From the NCBI GenBank assembly GCA_031425655.1, contig JANPJS010000194.1, positions 1 through 16,820 on the forward strand: DNA of 16,820 bases, written 5' to 3'. This document shows, one piece after another, positions 1 to 7,212 of this stretch. Each line of letters starts with the position of its first letter. Within the stretch, counting starts at the first letter, position 1. The notes beneath the pieces are model-generated. The model did not search any database, was not told the origin of the DNA, and worked only from the letters and a program-made list of their open reading frames with translations. The stretch comes from Abditibacteriaceae bacterium (lineage in GTDB: Bacteria; Armatimonadota; Abditibacteriia; Abditibacteriales; Abditibacteriaceae). The translations under genes were made by a program, and so were the position numbers.

Positions 1-27
1 CTCTGCAAAATAGCTCGTATTACGCAG

Positions 28-53
28 AGATCCTTCGCAAGCTCAGGATGACA
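28..53. repeat. REP-like palindromic unit, right arm of a doublet whose left arm lies outside the window
   Basis: AGATCCTTCGCAAGCTCAGGATGACA, whose reverse complement is TGTCATCCTGAGC..CGAAGGATCT. Same family as TGTCATTCCGAGC...GAGGAATCT at 15828-15896. CTCTGC (1-6) and GCAGAG (24-29) form an inner inverted pair. Confidence 0.65.
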
Positions 54-181
54 TCGCTTCTGTTTTTCACATTTCGGGGCTTTTTGACGCCTGTTTTTCA
101 AAAACCCATACCGGAAAGAAGGGAGTCCCTCCGATATTGATTTGAGAAAAACAATAACTTATCCGAAGCAGAAGGGATAGA

Positions 182-256
182 ACTCCCTTCCCCTTGCCGT
201 CGGGTGCCCTCTGGGCAGGAGGGAAGGGCCGGCGGGCGCCCTCTGGGCAGGGGGTT
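182..256. repeat. C/G-tract REP-like palindrome carrying two copies of a 19-nt CGGGYGCCCTCTGGGCAGG unit
   Basis: CCCTTCCC...GGGAAGGG stem, with 19-mers at 201-219 and 233-251. Bases 223-256 recur at 4600-4633 with 2 mismatches. Confidence 0.7.
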
Positions 257-270
257 CGTTACTTTCGGTC

Positions 271-276
271 TATAAT
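271..276 (+). promoter_or_regulatory. -10 box, probably a leaderless sixA transcript
   Basis: Perfect TATAAT 6 nt before ATG 283, with no Shine-Dalgarno in between. Confidence 0.6.
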
Positions 277-282
277 CAGCCT

Positions 283-741
283 ATGAAACTCTATTTTTTG
301 CGCCACGGCGCCGCTGATTGGCCCGATTGGCCCGGCGACGACGATGAGCGGCCTTTAACCGAAGCGGGCCGCAAAGAAGTGCGCCGCGTGGCGAAATTCT
401 TACGAGAAATCGGCGTCGCGCCGCGAGTGATTTTCAGCAGTCCGCTGCCACGCGCCGTGCAAACCGCGCAAATCGCGCACAAATATCTGGGCGGCGACCT
501 GCTCGAAGAAACCACGCTGGCGCCGGGCGTCACCTCGCGCCGCATTCGCGCTTTGCTGAAAAAACAGGACGCCGACGAAGTGATGCTGGTCGGCCACGAG
601 CCGGATTTCAGCGAGGCCATTCGCGTTTTGAGCGGCGGGCGCGTCAAGATGGCGAAAGCGGGCGCGGCGCGCGTTGATATGGACGAAAGCGGCAAAGGCC
701 GCTTAATCTGGCTGTTGCCTCCCAGGATTTCGGCTCGATAA
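283..741 (+). CDS. sixA: Phosphohistidine phosphatase SixA (histidine phosphatase family)
   Basis: 152 aa with LYFLRHG, D..RPLT..G, SSPL.RA.QTA and MLVGHEP motifs. Confidence 0.9.
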   Translation: MKLYFLRHGAADWPDWPGDDDERPLTEAGRKEVRRVAKFLREIGVAPRVIFSSPLPRAVQTAQIAHKYLGGDLLEETTLAPGVTSRRIRALLKKQDADEVMLVGHEPDFSEAIRVLSGGRVKMAKAGAARVDMDESGKGRLIWLLPPRISAR

Positions 742-792
742 GCAGCAACCCACATTACAAATTCAGTCACACGTAATTGCCTAATTTAAAAA

Positions 793-821
793 TTGCATTG
801 TTAAGAACGCGGCGCGATAAT
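793..821 (+). promoter_or_regulatory. Sigma70-like promoter
   Basis: TTGCAT (793-798), 17 nt, GATAAT (816-821), upstream of ATG 858. Confidence 0.45.
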
Positions 822-857
822 GCACTTTATCTTGTTTTTTGAGATGGGGGTGCGGTT

Positions 858-2786
858 ATGCAACGCCATTGGATGGAGCGGTTTTTCTGGATCAGTGCCT
901 TGCTCGCGGTGCTGGCAGGCGTCATTGTGGGCTGTTCGGGCGGTGGCGGGATCGTGCCGCCGCCGCCCGGCGGCGTGAGCATCGCGGGCGGCGTCGAGGG
1001 GTTCGTGTTCCGCACGGCGGCGGGTGCTTTGGTGCTGGCGCCGAGCGCCGTGCCGCCGCCGGGCGCCACGGCAGTGAAAGGCATCGCTGTGTCCATCGGC
1101 AGCGGCAGCGTGACCAGCGGCTCCAACGGACGATTCCTGCTGGCCAACATCAGCGCCGGGCTACGACGCCTGCGCGTTGCGCTGCCGGGCGGCGGCGCGA
1201 CGGAATTCCCTTTAACCGTTCTCGGCGGCACCACCATCAACGTCGGAGAACCGCCAGTCTCTCGCAGCGCGGCCATCGCCCGCGCGCGGGCCGCAGTGGG
1301 GCCGCCCTCCGACCCCGCCAACACTTTCATTCTGGCGACCAGCAATCCTTTGCCGGCGGGCGTGACCATTGGGCCGGCGCTGGGCAACGAGGCCGGGCAG
1401 AGCTTCGTGCTTTTTCGCCCCGCTGCGCCGAGTTGGCTGATTTACTTCGATCCGTTAGCCGATCAGAAATTCCAGCACCCGGTCAAATTCGTTTTTGTGG
1501 ATGCCGCCACGGGCGCCACTACGGTCCGCAACGCGACCTCCTGGCCGGTGATCAACGGCGTGAGTTTCTACGGCAATCCCGATGTCAACGAAACCTCACC
1601 CGATTTAGTGCAGCGTCCTCCGGGAGCAGCGGCGCGGCGTCAGACCGCGCGACGGAATTTGGCCGCCGCCTTAGCCGGCATCACGCCGCGCGACCACGTC
1701 CCCGGCTGCGGCGCGGGCCGCGTGTTGTCCCTGCTGATTCAAGGCAGTTTTCGCAGCGATTTCGCGGCGGATGCCGACAACATCAAAGCCGTGTTCGGCC
1801 CCAAAGGGTTTCCCGGCAGCTCGCAGATAAACGAGGTGCGCGCTCCGGTCACGGGGCGCATTGACCCTGTGCGCGACGTGCGCACCGCGTTTCGCCGCAT
1901 TTGCGATGCGTCGGTCGAGTGCGACACGATTTTCATCTACATCTCCTCGCACGCCTCGGAGAACGGCAGATTCATCGTGGAAACCGGCGCCAGCGAAGAC
2001 GGCACCGATTTCGGCGCCTTTGCTTTTTCGCCCGCCGAGGAATTCGATTTCAGCAAGTGCCGGGCGTGCCACATCATTGTCATGGTGGACGCCTGTTTTT
2101 CGGAAACTCAGGCGCTGGCCCTCTTCGATAAATCGCGCAATTTACGCGGCAAAAAAGTGACGATTATCGCCTCGGCGCTTTCGACGCAAACCGCCGGGGG
2201 CGTTACCCGCTCCTTTAATCTGCGGACGGGCGAGTCGTTGGGCGGCGTGTTCACCAATCCGTTTTTGGACGAGTTCAAAGCGACCGGCAACGCTAATGGA
2301 CAAGTGACGCAAGGCGATCTGCGCGACATTTTCAACCGCGCGCAGGCCAAAATGCCCGCCGATCAACGCGCGGTGGTTTTCGAGCGCCAACTGGCGCCCG
2401 GCGAAACCTGCGCGATACCAACTCCAACGCCGACGCCGACTCAGGGGCCGACGCCAACACCGACCATAACACCGACGCCGACCGCCACACCGACACCAAC
2501 CGCGACACCGACGCCGACACCGGTGCCATCGCAGCCGGTGGTGATCCTCGACACCACCCTATCGGCGGGCGGCGCGACGTTCAACGCGGGCGACATCATC
2601 GCGCTGACGCGCATCACCAACGGGCGCACGGCTAATCCTGACAATTGTTCGACCGTTCATCTGCACGCCAATGGGCCGCCGGGCATCATGATTGACGGCA
2701 AAGGGCCGTTTGCCGATCCGAACCCGACGACGTGCGGCTACGGCTCGGTGACGACCTTTAACCCGATACGAGCCAGGCGTCGGTGA
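858..2786 (+). CDS. Lipoprotein with caspase-like (clan CD) peptidase domain, PT linker and small Cys/His C-terminal domain
   Basis: Hydrophobic signal with lipobox IVG|C. Beta-sandwich-like segment (SGSNGRFLLANISAG). IFIYISSH and IIVMVDACFS match clan CD His and Cys strands. (PT)n linker follows. Confidence 0.7.
   Translation: MQRHWMERFFWISALLAVLAGVIVGCSGGGGIVPPPPGGVSIAGGVEGFVFRTAAGALVLAPSAVPPPGATAVKGIAVSIGSGSVTSGSNGRFLLANISAGLRRLRVALPGGGATEFPLTVLGGTTINVGEPPVSRSAAIARARAAVGPPSDPANTFILATSNPLPAGVTIGPALGNEAGQSFVLFRPAAPSWLIYFDPLADQKFQHPVKFVFVDAATGATTVRNATSWPVINGVSFYGNPDVNETSPDLVQRPPGAAARRQTARRNLAAALAGITPRDHVPGCGAGRVLSLLIQGSFRSDFAADADNIKAVFGPKGFPGSSQINEVRAPVTGRIDPVRDVRTAFRRICDASVECDTIFIYISSHASENGRFIVETGASEDGTDFGAFAFSPAEEFDFSKCRACHIIVMVDACFSETQALALFDKSRNLRGKKVTIIASALSTQTAGGVTRSFNLRTGESLGGVFTNPFLDEFKATGNANGQVTQGDLRDIFNRAQAKMPADQRAVVFERQLAPGETCAIPTPTPTPTQGPTPTPTITPTPTATPTPTATPTPTPVPSQPVVILDTTLSAGGATFNAGDIIALTRITNGRTANPDNCSTVHLHANGPPGIMIDGKGPFADPNPTTCGYGSVTTFNPIRARRR
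2416..2523 (+). repeat. Pro-Thr coding tandem repeat (linker)
   Basis: CCRACN hexamer array encoding IPTPTPTPTQGPTPTPTITPTPTATPTPTATPTPTP. Confidence 0.9.
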
Positions 2787-2802
2787 GATGAGATAAGTGC
2801 GG

Positions 2803-2846
2803 AGCGGGAAATGCGGAGTGCGACACGGCGCTCCGCATTTCCCGCT
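2803..2846. terminator. Long intergenic hairpin (terminator or stabiliser)
   Basis: 19-bp stem AGCGGGAAATGCGGAGTGC / GCGCTCCGCATTTCCCGCT with one G-U pair and a 6-nt loop, 16 nt after stop 2786. The U-tract is weak. Confidence 0.55.
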
Positions 2847-2887
2847 TATGGTTCCAATTTTGCTTCCCGTCGCGGCAGAGAAAAATC

Positions 2888-3550
2888 ATGCCCGCGCGCA
2901 AACTCCTCACAAAACCCAACGCCGATTTGCACGGCAACGTCGCGCATCAAGCGCCCGTCGCGCTGCTGCTGATTGATGTCATCAACGATCTGGAATTTCC
3001 CGAAGGCCGGCAGATTTACGACGACGCCGTCAAAATGGCGCGCAAAATAGCCAATCTGAAAAAGCGCGCCAAAGCCGCCAAAATCCCCGTGGTTTACGTC
3101 AACGACAATTTCGGCATCTGGCAATCGGATTTTCGCAGCGTGGTGCGGCATTGTCTCGAAGACGAGGTGCGCGGCAAACCTCTCGCGCAAATGTTGGCGC
3201 CCGACGACGACGATTATTTCGTGCTGAAGCCAAAACATTCCGGCTTTTATTCGACGACGTTGGATATTTTGCTGGAATATCTGGGCGTGCGCGCTCTGAT
3301 TATTACGGGCTTAGCGGGCAATATTTGCGTGCTTTTTACGGCCAACGACGCTTATTTGCGCGATTTTCAGCTTTTCGTGCCGCGCGATTGCTGCGCGTCG
3401 AACATCAAAGCCGAAAACGATCACGCGCTTGAACAAATGAGAAAAGTCTTGAAAGCCGATATTACCAGTTCCACGCGCCTTGACCTCAAAGCTCTTGCGA
3501 AGGGCGATTTATCCCATAATGCCAACAAACGCTCTGCCAAAACTTCGTAA
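2888..3550 (+). CDS. Isochorismatase-family cysteine hydrolase
   Basis: Asp-Lys-Cys triad motifs ALLLIDVIND, LKPKHSGF and TGLAGNICV..TA.DA. Confidence 0.9.
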   Translation: MPARKLLTKPNADLHGNVAHQAPVALLLIDVINDLEFPEGRQIYDDAVKMARKIANLKKRAKAAKIPVVYVNDNFGIWQSDFRSVVRHCLEDEVRGKPLAQMLAPDDDDYFVLKPKHSGFYSTTLDILLEYLGVRALIITGLAGNICVLFTANDAYLRDFQLFVPRDCCASNIKAENDHALEQMRKVLKADITSSTRLDLKALAKGDLSHNANKRSAKTS

Positions 3551-4313
3551 AGGGCAACTCAAAACGTGGGTGCGCCACGGATGCGATATTTTGCGTCCGA
3601 AAACCGCGTCCATCGTTTTGCAGCCCGAAGCCAAACCTTTGCCGCAAAACTGCCCGCGCCACGTTATTTTGGTGCATGGCCACAATTGTATGCCGAGTTT
3701 TCTGCATGGCCTGCTGCGCTCGCTGCGCGCAGTGCCGGGCGCCGACGAATGGCGTTTCTGGCTGGTCGAATACGACACGCATTGGAAGCCGTTCACGCGC
3801 TCGGCGCGCGAAATCGTGCGCGTTTTAGAACACACGGGTTACGATTTCAGCGAGGCGGTTTTAGTCGGTTACAGCATGGGCGGCCTCGTGGTGCGGCAAA
3901 TGGTGGTCGAAGGCTTTCCCTGCAAGGCGCTTTTGTCGCTGTGTTCGCCGCATCTGGGCTACGCGCCGTGGCTGCCCTTTGGCGAAGCCGGGTCGCTTTC
4001 GATTTCGCCGCTGAGCCGGCGCTTGCAAATGCTCAATCGCAACCCGCGCGACCGCGCTGCGCGCCCGAAATATCACTTTTTGGCGATAGATTACACCGAC
4101 AGGCTTGGCTATCACGCGCACGACGGCCTTATCACCAAGCGCAGTGCGCTGGGCGAAACGCTGGGGCCGCTCGGCTCACGCCTTCAAGTTCATCTGAGCT
4201 ATCGCTTTCCGCCGGGCATCAATCCGCACGTCCACGTTTTGCGCCGCGAAAATGTCGCTCCGGCGCTGCAAGTGTGCGAAGCGTTGTTTGCTTCGGACAC
4301 GACCACGCTCTAA
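3519..4313 (+). CDS. Alpha/beta-fold hydrolase (lipase/PGAP1-like); start uncertain
   Basis: VILVHG oxyanion motif, GYSMGG nucleophile elbow, SPHLG, HDGLI acid and a late His. ATG 3519 overlaps the upstream gene by 32 nt. Confidence 0.8.
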   Translation: MPTNALPKLRKGQLKTWVRHGCDILRPKTASIVLQPEAKPLPQNCPRHVILVHGHNCMPSFLHGLLRSLRAVPGADEWRFWLVEYDTHWKPFTRSAREIVRVLEHTGYDFSEAVLVGYSMGGLVVRQMVVEGFPCKALLSLCSPHLGYAPWLPFGEAGSLSISPLSRRLQMLNRNPRDRAARPKYHFLAIDYTDRLGYHAHDGLITKRSALGETLGPLGSRLQVHLSYRFPPGINPHVHVLRRENVAPALQVCEALFASDTTTL

Positions 4314-4461
4314 GAAACAGTCTGAAAAGTGCTGCGGCTCCCTTCCCCTTTGCCGTATCAAGGGGAAGGGTTGGGGATGGGGATGGGGTTCGGCTTTTTC
4401 CAGAACCCCACCCTAACCCTCCCCTTAAGCGGCAAGGGGAGGGGACTTTTCAGACTGCTTC
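4314..4461. mobile_element. 148-bp MITE-like element with 17-bp TIRs and TAA flanking duplication, containing a REP-like doublet
   Basis: GAAACAGTCTGAAAAGT (4314-4330) and ACTTTTCAGACTGCTTC (4445-4461) match 16/17. TAA lies at 4311-4313 and 4462-4464. Two inverted CCCCTT..AAGGGG units are inside. Confidence 0.75.
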
Positions 4462-4599
4462 TAACTGACGAGAACCTTCAAAGCTCATTGCAACGAATCC
4501 ATAACCCACTCGCAGCATTCGTCCTTTGCGGTGGGCGCGGCATTCTGCACCCAAACTGCACCCAAAATGGCGCGGCGAGCGCGATAAAACGGCAAAGGC

Positions 4600-4633
4600 G
4601 AAGGGCCGGCGAGCGCCTTCTGGGCAGGGGGTT
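4600..4633. repeat. Second copy of the 34-bp repeat at 223-256
   Basis: GAAGGGCCGGCGAGCGCCTTCTGGGCAGGGGGTT, 32/34 identical. Confidence 0.8.
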
Positions 4634-4635
4634 AA

Positions 4636-4659
4636 TGAACCCTTTGGCGCCGCGCCGTA
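4636..4659 (+). promoter_or_regulatory. Candidate ECF-sigma autoregulatory promoter
   Basis: TGAAC (4636-4640), 15 nt, CGTA (4656-4659), just upstream of the ECF sigma ATG. Resembles AAC/CGT ECF promoters but the spacing is about 1 nt short. Confidence 0.4.
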
Positions 4660-4673
4660 ACTAAAGAAGCAAA

Positions 4674-5267
4674 ATGAGCGCACACGACCGGCACTTAGCA
4701 CAGCGCATAGCACGCGGCGAACGCGCGGCTTTCGAGGAGTTTCTCGATTGCTACGGCGAACGTGTGCATCGTCTGGTGCGGCGCAGCGTGCCCAACAGCG
4801 CCGACGCCGAAGATGTGACGCAGGAAATCTTTCTCGATTTATATCGCGGCATGGCCGCTTTTCGCGGCGAATCATCCCTTGCGACGTGGATTTATCGCGT
4901 GGCCCTGAACCATTGTTTGCGCTGGGCCGAAAAGCAACGCGCGGCACAATCGCGCCGAACGGATGAGGAACACGACGAGCCAACCGACCAAAGCGCCGAC
5001 CCCGCCCGGCACAGCGCGCGGCGTGAATTACAAGGCACCGTGCATCGCGCCGTGGACGCGCTTTCGCCGGCACACCGCGAAGTCGTGGTTTTGCACGAAC
5101 TGCACGGCCTGACTTACGGCGAATGCGCCAAAGTGCTGAATGTGCCGGTCGGAACGGTTAAATCGCGCTTATCCAACGCTTTTGTGCGCCTGCGCCGGAG
5201 CTTAGGCGATTACGTTTTGGGCGAAGGCGAAAAGGCCGCGCCGGACGCGCTCGGAGAAGCCGCATGA
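4674..5267 (+). CDS. ECF (sigma-70 group 4) RNA polymerase sigma factor
   Basis: Region 2: DAEDVTQEIF...FRGESSLATWIYRVALN. Region 4: GLTYGECAKVLNVPVGTVKSRLSNA. Confidence 0.95.
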   Translation: MSAHDRHLAQRIARGERAAFEEFLDCYGERVHRLVRRSVPNSADAEDVTQEIFLDLYRGMAAFRGESSLATWIYRVALNHCLRWAEKQRAAQSRRTDEEHDEPTDQSADPARHSARRELQGTVHRAVDALSPAHREVVVLHELHGLTYGECAKVLNVPVGTVKSRLSNAFVRLRRSLGDYVLGEGEKAAPDALGEAA

Positions 5268-6745
5268 AAATCCCGACTTCGTGTGAATATTTGCAAAGCG
5301 ACTTGAAAGCGTATCTCGACGGCGAATTATCGCCGCCGCGCCGTGTTTTGGTGCGCGCTCATTTGCTGCGCTGCGCGGAATGCCGCGCGGAGGTTGAATT
5401 TATGAAAATCATCGGCCAAGACTTGCGCGAAGACGAAACCGCGCGCCCCGCCGCGTTCGGCGATGCCCTTCGCCAACGCATTCTCGACAAACTGCCCGCC
5501 GCGCCGCCAACTTTCGACCGCGCTGCGCTGCGCCATTCGGCGCGCCTGACTAATCGCCGAGCGAGTTTCATCTTAGCCGCCGGTCTGGCAACTCTGGTTG
5601 GCGTGTTGATCTTTCCAACGACACACCGCGCCAGAGAAAACGCACGGAAATCTTCGGTGCAGAATAACCTCAAGGGAATTGGCATTGGCGCTGGAACTAC
5701 TCAACTCAGCGGCGGCAACGATGAGTCAGCGGATAATATTTCGGAAACTCCGGCAACGGCAGGAGCAGGAATCGCCGGGGGCGCGATGTCTTCCGACTCT
5801 ATAAGCATCACAAAAAGAGGCGCGCCACGTTTTTCCGATAAGCGTTTCACCAGCGAAAGTGGCAGCGACGCGACCTTCTCACTGAAAAACAGCGATGAAT
5901 TGTCTGTGGATTCCAGAGTGCGCGGGGAAATGCAGCAATCGAGGCAACGCATCGCGGGTTTGCCGCCGGGGTTGCCGCCCAGTTCTGTTCGCGGCGCCAA
6001 TACCGATAACATTCCAGCGATTTTTCGGCGCGTGCATCGGGAAGCGCGTATAACGGTTGCCGTTGAGAATATCGAAACGCAAAGCGACAGCGTCGAGCAG
6101 TTGGTGCGCGGCGCGGGTGGCTACGTCGTCAGCAACAATCTCAGCACCGGCAGCGATAATCGCAAAACCGCCACGCTCGATTTGCGCGTGCCGGTCGCCC
6201 GTTTCGAGACTATCATCGGCGAATTCTCGCGGCTGGGCGACGTGCGCGCTAAAAACGTGACCGGCCAAGACATCACCGAGCAATACAGCGATTCGCAGCA
6301 AGCCAAAAACGTGCTTTCCAACGATCTGGCGATCCGCGATGCGCAGCTAAAAGCCGCGCTGGCCAAAGCCGCCGCGACGGCCAAACGCCGCCAAACGCCC
6401 GAAGACCCGTGGCAACTGCGCGCCGAAGTGCGGCGATTGCGCATCGAAGCCGCGCAAGTGCGAGCGCGCTTGGAAATTCTGCGAAAACTCTCGGATTTGT
6501 CGCAGATTACCATCGAATTACAGGAAAAGAAGCCCGCGCCCGAAAAAGGCGGTTTCGGCAAAGAAATGCGCGATTCGGGACAAGCCGCGACCGATACCTT
6601 TTTAGCCGCAGCGCGTCTGCCGCTTAAATTTCTGATGTGGGCTTTCGCTTATTCGCCGCTGTGGCTGCCCATCGTGCTTTTTTATCGCTGGCTGTATCCT
6701 CGCCGCGTTGACGCTGGCCAGCGCCTTACGCCGCCGCTCGAATGA
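5264..6745 (+). CDS. zf-HC2 anti-sigma factor fused to a DUF4349-like domain, two TM segments
   Basis: ATGA overlap with the sigma gene. C..LKAYLDGEL...HLLRCAEC (HxxxCxxC), then a TM helix. GGYV..ATLDLRVP..F..LG.V..NVTGQDITEQY.D is DUF4349-like. A C-terminal TM follows. Confidence 0.85.
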   Translation: MKIPTSCEYLQSDLKAYLDGELSPPRRVLVRAHLLRCAECRAEVEFMKIIGQDLREDETARPAAFGDALRQRILDKLPAAPPTFDRAALRHSARLTNRRASFILAAGLATLVGVLIFPTTHRARENARKSSVQNNLKGIGIGAGTTQLSGGNDESADNISETPATAGAGIAGGAMSSDSISITKRGAPRFSDKRFTSESGSDATFSLKNSDELSVDSRVRGEMQQSRQRIAGLPPGLPPSSVRGANTDNIPAIFRRVHREARITVAVENIETQSDSVEQLVRGAGGYVVSNNLSTGSDNRKTATLDLRVPVARFETIIGEFSRLGDVRAKNVTGQDITEQYSDSQQAKNVLSNDLAIRDAQLKAALAKAAATAKRRQTPEDPWQLRAEVRRLRIEAAQVRARLEILRKLSDLSQITIELQEKKPAPEKGGFGKEMRDSGQAATDTFLAAARLPLKFLMWAFAYSPLWLPIVLFYRWLYPRRVDAGQRLTPPLE

Positions 6746-6751
6746 CGCGAT

Positions 6752-6780
6752 TTGCCATCTGGCAGCATGATTGCTAAAAT
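6752..6780 (+). promoter_or_regulatory. Sigma70-like promoter with extended -10
   Basis: TTGCCA (6752-6757), 17 nt, TAAAAT (6775-6780), preceded by TGn. Confidence 0.65.
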
Positions 6781-6852
6781 GGCGTGGGCACAAAATGCCG
6801 ACTGTGTTGGAAAAGGAGCGAACAAAGGTGACGGCCATCCGTCGCAGGGGAC

Positions 6853-7005
6853 ATGAATACGAATTACGAATGGGCGCACTTGGTGGCGCAGGCGCATGGT
6901 CTGTATCTTCGGTTACGCGACAGGGCGGTCTATGATGCGGCGCCTTACGAATTGGTGGCTCAGGCATACGAACGCTATCAACGACGTGTGGCACTCGAAC
7001 ATTAA
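6853..7005 (+). CDS. 50-aa small protein of unknown function (absent from the ORF track)
   Basis: MNTNYEWAHLVAQAHGLYLRLRDRAVYDAAPYELVAQAYERYQRRVALEH*. AGGGGA lies just before the ATG, with a promoter upstream and a terminator downstream. Confidence 0.65.
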   Translation: MNTNYEWAHLVAQAHGLYLRLRDRAVYDAAPYELVAQAYERYQRRVALEH

Positions 7006-7023
7006 TTGAATCAACCGGCATTT

Positions 7024-7052
7024 AGGGCAGAAGCGAAAGCTTCTGCCCTTTT
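7024..7052 (+). terminator. Rho-independent terminator
   Basis: AGGGCAGAAGC-GAAA-GCTTCTGCCCT, a perfect 11-bp stem with GNRA loop followed by TTT. Confidence 0.8.
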
Positions 7053-7212
7053 GCATTGGTGACCGCTAATGTTTTCTGTTGCACGTTCACGATGGCCAAT
7101 TTAAAGCCTTAGGTGCCAAGAGGTTATAATTAGAATAATCTTGCACCAATATAAGAAAAGCAAGTGACCGGCTTCCAAGTTGCAGCAAAAAGCCGAATTC
7201 AATCTACAGGCC

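Noticed and set aside
839..1864. Long alternative-frame and antisense ORFs (e.g. 839-1864, 3566-4468, 11945-12526)
   Set aside because: Arg/Ala-rich shadow frames of GC-rich genes that already have a convincing reading frame.
4329..4664. 111-aa ORF
   Set aside because: It is a translation of the MITE and repeat sequence.
6781..6852. c-di-GMP riboswitch upstream of the small ORF or GGDEF gene
   Set aside because: No recognisable class I (GGCAAA..GNRA..GCAAAGC) or class II architecture.
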